DNA of 64,000 bases from Candidatus Kryptoniota bacterium (GTDB lineage: Bacteria; Bacteroidota; Ignavibacteria; Kryptoniales; JAKASW01). Numbering within the stretch: position 1 is the first letter of the stretch; every line of letters begins with the position of its first letter. A model generated the notes under the pieces. It searched no databases. It was given only the letters and a program-made list of their open reading frames with translations, and had not been told where the DNA came from. Shown here piece after piece: positions 27,365 through 37,500 of the stretch. Location of the stretch: positions 22,611 through 86,610 of the forward strand of contig JBJKQU010000043.1 in assembly GCA_046705025.1 (NCBI GenBank). Direction: 5' to 3'. Both the position numbers and the translations under genes were made by a program.

Positions 27365-29695
27365 TCACTTGTAAGACGGAGGTGCATCGCTCCGCGCGCT
27401 TCCCCAGCTCTTGTCCGGATTTGCACTCAGCTCGTACACAAGAGATCCGCCGCGCTCGATATCGGTGAATCTGATCCACGACTTATTCCACTTTTTGCCG
27501 TTTACCGTAAGTCCATGTACATACGGGTCATTGTCGCTCGCTCCGTGGCCGACAATCGTCACGCTACCGTGAGGTAAATGCAGCACAGCTTTTCTGAACA
27601 ACGGGCTTCCTATCACGAGCACATCTGAACCGGGAAGCTCCGGATACATCCCAAGGGCGGCAAATATGTACCATGATGACATTTCACCGAGGTCATCGTT
27701 GCCGGGGAAACCGGTCGGCCTGCTGGAGAAAAGTGTCGTGATTGCCCGGCGAACTATTTCCTGTGTCCTGTATGGTCTGCTCCAGAAGTCGTAGATCCAG
27801 GGCGTCTCTAGACACGGCTCATTTCCGAGATAACAATACTTCGAACCGGTGCCGGCATTGAGCCTGGTGAAGAACGTATCAAGTCGGGCTGCGGCTACCT
27901 TTTCTCCACCCATCTTTTCTGCAATCCCCTTATAATTGAACGGCACTGCCCAGACATACTGTGCCCCCGTTCCTTCTACATAGGCATCGTCGTGATCGTA
28001 GCTTGTCCGGGAAGGCGAAAAACCGGGAGCCCACTGGCCATCTCTTCGCCTCATCTGGATATATCCCGTAGCGGGGTTGTAGAGGTTCATCCAGTTCTGA
28101 GCATGCTTCAGAAGCAGTGCCTCGTCGGATTTCCGACCGAGGCTCTTTGCCATGCTCGACAACGCAAAATCGGCAGCATCGTACTCGAGTGTCATCGACA
28201 CGTTTCCGTAACCGCCTCTCTGATGCTCGGGGACATAACCCAATCTCAAGTAAGCCGCAAGGGCGTCTCTTTCGTATGTGTGTGCCCGCGGCGCATAAAC
28301 AGTCGTGTCCGTGGCAGCACGCATCAGTCCGTCGAAGGCATCCTTCACATCGAAATTTCTCGCACCGAAAGCGTAGAAGTCGGCGATGATCGGTGCTGCC
28401 GGATCGCCCATCATAACGCCGCTGTCCATGTTCGGAACAGGCCAGCGAGGAAATGTACCTCCCTGCCGGTAATCGAGGAGAAGCGACTCCGCCATGTCGC
28501 TCGCGTGCTTGGGAGCTATCATAGCAAGGAACTGTGCTTCACTTCGATATATATCCCAACCAGAGAAATTCGAGTATATCAAATGGCCTTTCTTCACTTC
28601 GTGCACATTGCCGTCGGCGCCCGGATATTGCCCGTTCACATCCGAGCAAATAGTCGGGCCAAGCAGCGTGTGGTACACCATAGAGTAGAAAGTCTTCAGC
28701 TCCTGTATCGTACCGCCTGATACCTGAACACGGTTCAGCCAGGAATTCCAGATCTTCCCCGCTCTAAGAACCGCAGCTTCAAAATCTTTCGAAGAGAAGT
28801 GTGAGACAGCGTTTTCGGCTTCCAGATTTGCCTTGGCATTAGCGACATTTACGTAAGAAATGCCGATCTTGACAAGAACGGTGCGGCCTTTTGACAGATC
28901 GAATGTGACATATGCGCCGGCAGTCTTCCCTTCACCGTTAGTGTTGTTCTTAAGGAGTGTTGAATCGCCCCACGTCCCGTAACTTGCAAAAGGCCTGTTA
29001 AAGTCTGCGTAGAAATAGATCGGCTGCGTATCGTATCTAGTTCCGCAGAAATGCCCGCCGATCGCACTGCCGCTGATCGAGTGAGCAGTGGGATCGATGC
29101 GTACCGATGCCTCGGAAGTGCCCATCTTGAAATGGTTCATGATATTACTTCCGGCGTTGATCACCATCGTCGGGGTGCTTCCCGAAGGATAGACGAACCT
29201 CCCGAAACCCGTCCTTGCCGTCGCTGAAAGCTCCACGGTCACCCCATTGTCCAGTTTTACCGAATAGTAGCCGGGATGAACCGATTCATTCGCATGAGAG
29301 AAAGGTTCAGGGAATGAAAAGCGTTTGATCGGCGGCGTTATCCGGCTTGTACTTAGCAGCGGAGAGAAGGCAAAATCGCCCCCGTAAAGACAGCCGGCTC
29401 CGCTCAAATGGTCTACGCTGAAGCCGCAGATCATTGAGTCAGCGTAGTTGTAGCCTGCAAGCCGCAGATGAGGTCCCGTGTCTGGGCTCCATTGAATCAT
29501 CCCGAAGGGCATGGCCGCTCCTGGATATTCGTCCCCATCCCCGGCTGTACCCGAAAATGGGTTCACATATTTGATAAGGTCTTTTTCCCCGTTCCCAGGT
29601 TTCATGCCGGACTCTTTTGCGCTGGACCATGACGGGACAGAAACGAATGCGAGGAATGCAAGTATCAGGAATAATAATGGTCTCCGGTTATCCAT
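27365..29695 (-). CDS. GH92 alpha-mannosidase, secreted
   Basis: 776 aa with a signal peptide. Motifs YVNPFSGTAGDG, PGAAMPFGMIQWSPDT and GNEPCLETPWIYDF are characteristic of GH92. Confidence 0.85.
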   Translation of the reverse strand: MDNRRPLLFLILAFLAFVSVPSWSSAKESGMKPGNGEKDLIKYVNPFSGTAGDGDEYPGAAMPFGMIQWSPDTGPHLRLAGYNYADSMICGFSVDHLSGAGCLYGGDFAFSPLLSTSRITPPIKRFSFPEPFSHANESVHPGYYSVKLDNGVTVELSATARTGFGRFVYPSGSTPTMVINAGSNIMNHFKMGTSEASVRIDPTAHSISGSAIGGHFCGTRYDTQPIYFYADFNRPFASYGTWGDSTLLKNNTNGEGKTAGAYVTFDLSKGRTVLVKIGISYVNVANAKANLEAENAVSHFSSKDFEAAVLRAGKIWNSWLNRVQVSGGTIQELKTFYSMVYHTLLGPTICSDVNGQYPGADGNVHEVKKGHLIYSNFSGWDIYRSEAQFLAMIAPKHASDMAESLLLDYRQGGTFPRWPVPNMDSGVMMGDPAAPIIADFYAFGARNFDVKDAFDGLMRAATDTTVYAPRAHTYERDALAAYLRLGYVPEHQRGGYGNVSMTLEYDAADFALSSMAKSLGRKSDEALLLKHAQNWMNLYNPATGYIQMRRRDGQWAPGFSPSRTSYDHDDAYVEGTGAQYVWAVPFNYKGIAEKMGGEKVAAARLDTFFTRLNAGTGSKYCYLGNEPCLETPWIYDFWSRPYRTQEIVRRAITTLFSSRPTGFPGNDDLGEMSSWYIFAALGMYPELPGSDVLVIGSPLFRKAVLHLPHGSVTIVGHGASDNDPYVHGLTVNGKKWNKSWIRFTDIERGGSLVYELSANPDKSWGSARSDAPPSYK

Positions 29696-29793
29696 TTTTC
29701 ATCGTCCTTTCAAGAAGGCAAACCACATAGAAACGCCGGTACACACATGCAATATCTGGATGCGGCCCGGGGTTGCCATATGGCTGAAGCCTT

Positions 29794-30314
29794 TCATTTA
29801 GTTTCACTTGGTGATCTTTGTAACACTAGCGTCCAACCTAGATTTCCCGGCTCGACAAATTCAGGCGTATCTGCATTCTCAGCCATGGAAACCTTTGCGC
29901 TGCTGGCATCGGCCAGCAAACCGACTTTCAAGGTTACTATCCCGGTGGTCCTGCCATGGGCAACCGCAGGCTCAACATCCATGAACCATGGCAGGTGACT
30001 CATGAAGTGTGACGGTTTTGCTGGAAAACGATCGTCGAGAAAAAGTATTGCACGGGGAGAACCGATTTGAGAAGACATAAAATCATAATTTTATCCTCCG
30101 CCTTGCTTACTACTTTCAGCACCATAAGCAATTTGTTCGGAGTCGTCGGGAAGCCGGAATTCATTTGGAGAGTATCGGCCGTCTGAAGCATGGCGTCCGA
30201 TGGATTCCGATATTCACTCTCGTGGCCAGAGTGAGCGTCCGTAACACGTTCTATCAAGTGCGACTCCATCACATCGAATTTCCGCAAGTTTGTCAGCCAT
30301 GGGCCGCTCTGCAA
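29794..30314 (-). other. Two overlapping unassigned minus-strand ORFs (30000-30314 and 29794-30078). Possibly a decayed or frameshifted gene, or part of a long leader.
   Basis: The ORFs overlap by 79 nt in different frames. GGAGGA at 30094-30099 precedes ATGs at 30085 and 30078. I recognise no family motif. Confidence 0.25.
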
Positions 30315-30479
30315 CCGGCACCATCCTTACTGCAACGTCCCGCGGCGGCGCCCATCGGCCCGGAAGCAAAACAGCTTCGCGCCTTCCAATCAGCGCCTTT
30401 TTCGAAATTCAACTTTGTATGAACCCTGCCGCAATAGGAACCGACAATTAATTGGCCAGGCTCTTGACTTCTGACAAAA

Positions 30480-30508
30480 ATATTAAGGACAGATTTAAGG
30501 AAAGTCAA
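30480..30508 (-). promoter_or_regulatory. Near-consensus sigma70-type promoter firing leftward into the unassigned region and GH92
   Basis: On the minus strand: TTGACT (30503-30508), a 17-nt spacer, TAATAT (30480-30485). A second TTGAC lies directly upstream (tandem GTCAA on the plus strand). Confidence 0.4.
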
Positions 30509-30635
30509 CAGTCAAATGTTAGATACCGTGAAGATTTAGAACGCTCTGATGTGCAATCGAATTGGCAAAATCCGTTAGTCATTTCTGATATCTCAGCCTC
30601 TTGATCCTCCTAACGAGGACTTCCGCTGTTCCCCT

Positions 30636-33038
30636 TTATTCGTAGCGAAGTGCTTCGACAGGATTCGCCGTCGCCGCTCTCATCGCATGGAAGCCCACCG
30701 TCAGCTCGGCTACAACAAGCGCCAGGACGCCCGAGAGAACAAACGTCCAGAGCGACATCTCTATACGGTAAGCGAAATCCTTCAGCCAGTTATTCATTAA
30801 ATAGTAAGCCACAGGCCAGGCAATGACATTCGCGATCAACACCCATTTCGTGAATTCCTTCGAAAGGAGGAAAATGATTCCCGCTATCGATGAGCCGAGA
30901 GTTTTTCTTATCCCGATTTCTTTCGTCCTGCGTTCGGCGGTAAACGCCGCGAGACCGAACAAACCGAGACACGCTATGAATATCGCCAGGAGGGAAAATG
31001 TCGTAAACACCTCCCCTGTCTTCTGCTCTGCCTGGTACAGACGGTCTATGTCCTGGTCGAGAAAGTAATATTCAAACGGTTTCCCGGGAACGAACTTTTT
31101 CCACTCGCTTTTGATGTATCCAAGAAGGCCGCTTATATCCGAAGTCTTGAACCGGATCGGAAGATACGGAGTCTGTCCCAGGCCGAGAGTTATGACCAGC
31201 GGCCTTATCCTCTCATGCAGCGATTCATAATGAAAGTCTTTCACTACCCCGATAATCTTCAGCGGTTTGTCGCTGCCGACGAAGAAGATCCTCTTTCCCA
31301 CCGGACCGGTCAGGCCGAACATCCTGACGGCGCTTTCGTTCAGGACAACGGCAAGCGAGTCTGACGGAAACTGTCTGGAAAAATATCTTCCCTCCTCCAC
31401 CTCTAGACCCATCGCCTTTGCAAAATTATAGTCGCTCGACATCAACGACATAAGATACTGCTGCGTATCGGGCGAATTCTCAGCCCTAAACACGTTTTGG
31501 CCAAATGCCGCACCCGGCACATCAGTAGAATTGGAAGCGTCGATGATATCCCTGTTTTTCATCAGTAGTTGTTTAAAAGCCTCCGCATGATTTTCGAGCG
31601 CCCAGGCCCGCTGGACGACCAGTATGTGATCTTTGTCGAAACCAAGCTTTGCGTTCTGAATATATTTCAACTGGCTGTAAACAACGAAGGTGCTGATGAA
31701 GAGGACGATCGAAATCGCAAATTGAAAAACCACGAGACCGCTTCTCAAAAGATTACCTTTGTTCCCTGCGGCGTTGCCTTTGAGAACCTTTGCAGGCTGG
31801 AACGATGAGAGGAAGAACGAAGGGTAACTTCCCGCAATCAATCCGACTATTATTATCGTGGCAAGCAGAGCCGGAAGTGCAAGCCAGTTGTTGAAATAAC
31901 CGGTCTGAAGGTGTTTACCGGAGAGGCCGTTGAACGCCGGAAGGATCAATTCCACCAATGCTGCCGCGACAAGAATTGAGATGAATGTCAGCAAAAAGGA
32001 TTCTGCCAGGAATTGCGTCACCAGCTGAGTCTTATTCGAGCCGAGAACCTTTCTAACGCCGACCTCCCTGGAACGCACGGACGATCTCGCGGTGGACAGG
32101 TTCATGAAATTGATGCAGGCGATCAGGAGGATAAAGAGCGCTATGACCGAGAATATGTAGGTATATTTGATGTCGCTGTTCGGGCCAAGTTCATTATTCA
32201 GATGCGAATGAAGATGAATCGAAGCAAGCGGTTTCAGATGGAATTTGTATGAATTCCCTTTCTTCTCCCAATCGCTGTAAGTCACTCCAAGCGCTTGATA
32301 TAACTGAGGTCCCGCATACTTTCTGATGAGCGCAGGAAATTTATCCTGAAGGCTCACAGCCGATGCGTTCTTTCTCAGGAGGATATAGGTGTAAAAGCCT
32401 CCGCCGAGCCATGAATTGTTCCTGACGAAATCCGCGCTCGACATCGACGCAAACATCTCATATCGGAAATGTGAATTGGGAGGACAGTCCTTTATCACGC
32501 CCGTAACGGTGTACGGAGTGCCGTCCTCAAAGTTCATTACCTTGCCCATCGGATCCTCGCTGCCGAAATATTTTCTCGCGAGAGACTCGGTCAGCACGAC
32601 GGAATGGTGATGAACCAGGGCCGTTTTGGGATTACCCTCTATGAACGGCATCGTAAATACATCGAACAAGGTAGAATCGGCCCAGAAGAACCGGGTTTCG
32701 TTGAATACGTTGTTCTTGTAGCGGATCAGCATATTCGCTGTCGGCGATACCCTGGTATACTGGATTACTTCCGGGAATTCCCTGACGAGCGTGGCGCCCA
32801 CTGGCGCCGGAGAGACAGCCATGTTGAGCTCCCTCCCTTGCATCTTCAGATCCGCTTCGACCCGATATATCCGGTCGTAGCTGCGATTGAACGTGTCGTA
32901 GCTCAGTTCATCCATGACGTATAGCGAAATCAAGATGACGCATGCGATGCCTACAGCTAGGCCGATAATGTTGATAAGCGAATATGCCTTATGATCCCTG
33001 AGATTTCTAAGCGCGACCGTCAGATAATTCTTCAGCAT
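30636..33038 (-). CDS. Duplicated FtsX/MacB-type ABC permease (about 800 aa, two FtsX domains), with no adjacent ATPase
   Basis: From ATG 33038 the product starts MLKNYLTVALRNLRDHKAYSLINIIGLAVG, the canonical N-terminus of this family. A second FtsX module sits at the C-terminus (RRTKEIGIRKTLGSS). The ORF-track start at 33065 is a TTG 9 codons upstream. Confidence 0.8.
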   Translation of the reverse strand: MLKNYLTVALRNLRDHKAYSLINIIGLAVGIACVILISLYVMDELSYDTFNRSYDRIYRVEADLKMQGRELNMAVSPAPVGATLVREFPEVIQYTRVSPTANMLIRYKNNVFNETRFFWADSTLFDVFTMPFIEGNPKTALVHHHSVVLTESLARKYFGSEDPMGKVMNFEDGTPYTVTGVIKDCPPNSHFRYEMFASMSSADFVRNNSWLGGGFYTYILLRKNASAVSLQDKFPALIRKYAGPQLYQALGVTYSDWEKKGNSYKFHLKPLASIHLHSHLNNELGPNSDIKYTYIFSVIALFILLIACINFMNLSTARSSVRSREVGVRKVLGSNKTQLVTQFLAESFLLTFISILVAAALVELILPAFNGLSGKHLQTGYFNNWLALPALLATIIIVGLIAGSYPSFFLSSFQPAKVLKGNAAGNKGNLLRSGLVVFQFAISIVLFISTFVVYSQLKYIQNAKLGFDKDHILVVQRAWALENHAEAFKQLLMKNRDIIDASNSTDVPGAAFGQNVFRAENSPDTQQYLMSLMSSDYNFAKAMGLEVEEGRYFSRQFPSDSLAVVLNESAVRMFGLTGPVGKRIFFVGSDKPLKIIGVVKDFHYESLHERIRPLVITLGLGQTPYLPIRFKTSDISGLLGYIKSEWKKFVPGKPFEYYFLDQDIDRLYQAEQKTGEVFTTFSLLAIFIACLGLFGLAAFTAERRTKEIGIRKTLGSSIAGIIFLLSKEFTKWVLIANVIAWPVAYYLMNNWLKDFAYRIEMSLWTFVLSGVLALVVAELTVGFHAMRAATANPVEALRYE

Positions 33039-33071
33039 GCCCTTTCTCCGAATATCAATTGTCAATAACTA

Positions 33072-33113
33072 TTGATCAATGATCATTGATAGTTGATAGT
33101 TGATAATTGAAAA
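33072..33113. repeat. Heptanucleotide tandem array (six units, consensus TTGATNA) containing a perfect 16-bp palindrome
   Basis: Units are TTGATCA ATGATCA TTGATAG TTGATAG TTGATAA TTGAAAA, starting at 33072, 33079, 33086, 33093, 33100 and 33107. ATCAATGATCATTGAT (33075-33090) is a perfect palindrome. The array lies 34-75 nt upstream of ATG 33038. Confidence 0.6.
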
Positions 33114-33233
33114 CTTGTCATCGTTCTCCTGACACTACTCAAGACTTCTACAATGATCATGCCACAGGAACGCTCTGAAAACGGGCGGTGCTGAGGCTTA
33201 TTTGGGGGGCAGGTGTCCGCTTTAGGACGGTGG

Positions 33234-33249
33234 TGTCCGAATTCGGACA
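33234..33249 (-). terminator. Perfect 16-bp palindrome downstream of the 266-aa gene (weak terminator candidate)
   Basis: TGTCCGAATTCGGACA. The motif GGTGTCCG also occurs 20 nt upstream (33212-33219). There is no U tract. Confidence 0.3.
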
Positions 33250-33390
33250 GTGAGGGATCACCGGAGCAGAACGAGATTCACTCGCAAAGGTGACACGGGG
33301 CCGTCACTTACCGATCGATCCATTGCAACCTGGGGAGCCTGAGATTCAGGCAGTCGCTCCTCCTACTGTCCTCCTGGAATTGGCTCTGCA

Positions 33391-34191
33391 TTATTGCGCC
33401 ACTCCCTCTTCCCGGCTGGTTCCGAAGACGACTCCCGCATCAATCGAAAAGGAGCTGCCTCTGCCGGAGCTGGTGAAGGCAGGCTCGACAAGAAACGTTT
33501 CAGCACCCGGCGCTACAACGACAAACGATACTCCTGTCGTAACTGACCGAACATAGTCGTTCCCAACCTGCGGGCGATCATATGGCTCTACGACAGCCCC
33601 GAACCCTTCCGAATAAAAGTATCCCACGGCCGGCTGTATGTAGAAGCTCGGAGAGAGAGGAAAATCCCTGTAGATCATGCCGCCGTAAAACATATATCCG
33701 TTTTCGACACGCATCTCCAGCATATTCCGTTCTTTGGGAGAATAGAATGATCCCATATAACAGCCGGACGACAGGTCAACCGAGAAGGGGTCCCAACGGC
33801 TGTCTTGCTTCACTACGTCAGTCGTGAACATCATCAGGAAAGCGGTCCCGGTCACTCTCCGGTTGGGTGGGACGAAATCGAGCGTATACGGGTTTGGAAA
33901 AGTGAGATGTGAGACCGAAACGACGGCATCGACAATTCCTTCGCTGGAGTATCCGACGGCGAGGCCGCCCGATTCAAGTCCGTGCCCCGATGCAAATTCT
34001 CCGGAAGTCTCCCATCCGCTGTTTCCCTTGGGAAGGTAGGCGCTTTGTGCGCGGGCTCCGGCCGCTACAACTGAGCACATAAAAAGGGTCAACAATAAGA
34101 TCCAAATTGAGAAAGAGGACGCTGTAAGTATCCCGCGCACCCTGATCTTGGCGTCTGTAAGTCGGCTTGATCGTCTAATCGACGCGACCAT
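33391..34191 (-). CDS. Secreted hypothetical protein, possibly a small outer-membrane beta-barrel
   Basis: 266 aa. ATG preceded by GGGAGG. Hydrophobic signal region ending AAGARAQS, then G/S/Y-rich alternating composition. No family recognised. Confidence 0.45.
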   Translation of the reverse strand: MVASIRRSSRLTDAKIRVRGILTASSFSIWILLLTLFMCSVVAAGARAQSAYLPKGNSGWETSGEFASGHGLESGGLAVGYSSEGIVDAVVSVSHLTFPNPYTLDFVPPNRRVTGTAFLMMFTTDVVKQDSRWDPFSVDLSSGCYMGSFYSPKERNMLEMRVENGYMFYGGMIYRDFPLSPSFYIQPAVGYFYSEGFGAVVEPYDRPQVGNDYVRSVTTGVSFVVVAPGAETFLVEPAFTSSGRGSSFSIDAGVVFGTSREEGVAQ

Positions 34192-34436
34192 GGAGCCTCC
34201 CTTGCTTTTTGATCTAAGTATTCTTCAGGACCTGATTAAGTCAGGACCGGCATTAACAAGGAGTATCTACGCTTCTCTTAGATTGGATTTGTTGTTGAAT
34301 TTCATACCCGACATGCGAAACGTTAAGGCCGAGGCGGGTCAAAATCAAGGTGCCTGGGAAAGTCCGCGAAGAATTGAAAGGCCGCTACGGGGCGACAGAT
34401 ACGGGTATTGCCGCGCGACCTATGCGGGATCAGACA

Positions 34437-34463
34437 ACGGGGCGACGCATGCGTCGCACCCGT
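34437..34463 (-). terminator. GC-rich hairpin about 56 nt downstream of the GH38 stop
   Basis: Perfect palindrome GCGACGCATGCGTCGC (34442-34457), extended by ACGGG/CCCGT with one bulged A. The downstream U tract is poor. Confidence 0.4.
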
Positions 34464-34518
34464 AATCATTCCGTTACAGTCCGTCTCCTGAAGAATTCCG
34501 TTGATCAGTAAGCCATCC

Positions 34519-37500
34519 TCACTTCGCATACCCTGAAGCTGGCGATGCCTGCGACATCGCTGCAGGCAGGAACCGGCTGTAGCCGTGTTTGTAGTTCAGT
34601 GTGTCGAACAGGGCCTGAGCCGGAACAGTGTTGTCGTTCACGTCGTAAGCCGCACTAATCGCGAACACCTTTATGTTTTTGTTCGAGGGGAGAACAATTT
34701 CTCTGGCTCCCTTCGGCAGATCGATCATGTATTTATACATGTACGCGTATGCGTAAGCGTCGTCCTTCCCATCCTGAAGATGCCGGAACTGGGTGAAGTA
34801 GCCGACGTTTGCCTTTCGAGTGTAACCGGGCTTCAGTCCCATGTAATGTATTCCGGTCCAGTCATAGTTCTTCTCCAGAGTGTCCGGCTTGTCCCATAAC
34901 CTCTTGTCCCACTGTCCGATGAATCCCGACCAGACCTGCACCGGAACGTCAACAGATTCGTTTCCCACTTTGAATCTCCCGTCCCGGAGCGTGTCAGTTG
35001 AGGCGGCGAGCAAATACAGCCGGTTAAACTTGCCTTCGGGAAGTTCGATTCTCTGGTTATCGCATGCAACGGCGTTGTCTTCTCCCTCTTTCCTCGGTCC
35101 CATCACGAAGTTGATGTCCTCGCTCCTCACGGCATTGGGAATTACCTCCAAAGGATACGATCTTCCGTGTCCGTCGAAATTCCCTGTCGACATGTCGTTT
35201 CGGTTTGTCATCGCGATGACATTGTAAGGGAGATGTACGGGAACCGATGTCGGTGGTGAAAGCCGCTCTTTCGGTGGTCCCAACTTGATTTCAAAAGTCA
35301 TTATGTGGTAGGGCGTCTCATCGAAGATAAGCCTGCCGCCCTTTATCTTTGCAGGTCCGACGTACCGCTCCTGTCCATCGACTTGCTTCGCAGACAAGAC
35401 CGGCCCTGCAAAAGAAACCTCGACATTCTTCCACGACTTTCCTTTCCCTTCCACTACCCGGAGGATTATGCCATTCCCGTCCTCCGCTTTCTTGAGCGCC
35501 ATCACATGGATGTTCGCGTTGCTGATCTTCATAAACGAAAAAGTCTTCCCGACATATCCGCCGTGAGACACCGTCTGAAAAGTAATCAAAGGTTGATTGA
35601 GCCGATATCCAGCCAGGTCGGAGTTGCCTTCCTTCCAGCTGCCTTCGTGGCCGTAGACTGCATAGAGCATCTGATTCTTTCCTATATCCTGGTATGCCTG
35701 GTCGAGAAACCCGAAATTCTTACGGACTCCGGGAGTGTACAGCAAAGTCAGCCTCACCACGTTGTCGGCAGGTTTGTCGGAGCCGTTCTTGCAGTCTTCC
35801 AAAATTGAGACTCCATAATCGCCCGATTTGTCCGTCAAATCGAACCACTGATGTGAAGGGACCTCGAACTTCTTCGGGTTATTATTGCCGCGTTCCACCG
35901 TTCCGACTTCCTCATTGTAAGTTGCCATCGGGTTTGAGACGGTCAGCGGGAACGTCGCATCGAGTGCAACTCCCTGTGTGGCCCAATCGATAAACGTTTT
36001 GAACTCGACCCTGTCGCCGGCTTCGCCCGCTGCTAGACGAATCTCCTGGATGAACTTAGAATGCCTTGCCTCGCGGACTACCTGTATTCCGACTCTTGCC
36101 GGTCCGTCTTCCACGATTTTCATTTTAACCGGCCCATCTACGTATCCTTCGGGCGGCTTCTTCTGGTCCGACCAATCCATGTTCCAGGCCGGATAGTATT
36201 CCGGCTTTTCGTGCATGAAAGCAAGCCTTATCGGCGCTTTAAGAAGCTCTTTGCATGCAGTCTTGTCATATATGCTCGAAACATTTCCGTTCTCGTCGAT
36301 CCTGACGATATATCTTGAATTCTCCAGGGTCGAATCCGTCACCTTCAGTCCGGCATTCATCGAACATGGAGTTTCCGATTCCTTTACATCGTATACCGAA
36401 TAACCTGCCGACGGAGTTTCGGCGAGAAAGATGACGGTCACTTTATTCCCATCGACCTTCTCTATCTGGGAGGGTACTTCCTTTCCATTCGGGCCGAACA
36501 CTCTAACTGCCAGCGGCGTTGGGCCCGCAAACGTAACCGTTGCCTTCGCGATGTCCTGTCTCTCGAAAGGAAGTGAATTGTAGACGACGACCGGAACTCC
36601 GCTCACGCGGGTATCGAGTGCCCTTATCGTCGCGCCCGATGCATCCGCGAGGATGTGGCTGAACTGGTTGGCGGCAAGGAGCTGGTCGTTCCATATATAG
36701 TCGAACGCCTCAGGTTCGCATGTCCCCGCAAGCATATCATGAAACTGAGCGGCAAGCGTCAGCCACCATGCCTCGTCCATTTTCTTCGTCGGGTACCTCA
36801 TTCCTCCCAGCCATGTTCCCATAACCGACGCTGCTTCCGAGTTGTATGCCAGAAATTCCAGCTTCCTGTTCCAGCGTTTGAGGTAGGCAGCCGAATTTAT
36901 GGAGCCTGCCGAATGGTTGGTAAGGAGAAGATCGCCCGTGTACGACGGCAGTTTCGCCTTTTCCGAAGGGGTAATGTCCTTGAACATCTGATCCGCCCTC
37001 GACGAGACAACCCGTATATTAGATCTGTCTTTCAGGCTTTTTTCAAGCCACCAGACGGAGCTGTCGGTCGGTGAGCCCCCGACATCGCCGGTGCCGTAAT
37101 ACATGTAATCGGTATATACTCCGGATTCTTTCCCGAGTTTGTTGATCCGGTCGATCCATACCGTGTCTTTGCCGAGATCGCCGGTTATGCTTCCGGCATA
37201 ATCTCCCGGGTTGAGCGCGGCGACAATCGAGCGGCCGTCAGGCCCGATCCACCTCCCGACGTTGAACGGTATTCCAACGGCGGAGCCCCACGTCAGCTTC
37301 TGAGTCGAAAAGCCTTTAATTCCGCAGCTTGCGAGTATCGACGGAAGCGACCATGCGAAGCCGAAACAATCCGGCAGCATGTACTCGTCGCTTGCAACGC
37401 CGAACTCCTTTCTGAAATATTCGTTGCCGTACAGCACCTGTCTCACGATCGATTCCGCCGAAGGATTGAGCTCATCGTTTTCCTCAATCGAAGAGCCGGC

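Noticed and set aside
30551-30575. GCAATCGAATTGGCAAAAT, which shares the 8-mer GCAATCGA with the RhaT-promoter motif.
   Set aside because: Only the 8-mer matches, which is expected by chance about twice in 64 kb on two strands. The second half-site is not conserved, and the position is downstream of a gene end.
34356-34600. RNase P RNA-like strings on the plus strand: GGGAAAGTCCGCG, GCGGGATCAG, GTTACAGTCCGT, AGGAACCGGCTGTA.
   Set aside because: The universally conserved segments (GUGCAACAGA, GGUAAGAGC) are absent. The P4 pairing between the candidate strands does not form. The region is too short and would overlap the GH38 coding end. I judge this a chance resemblance.
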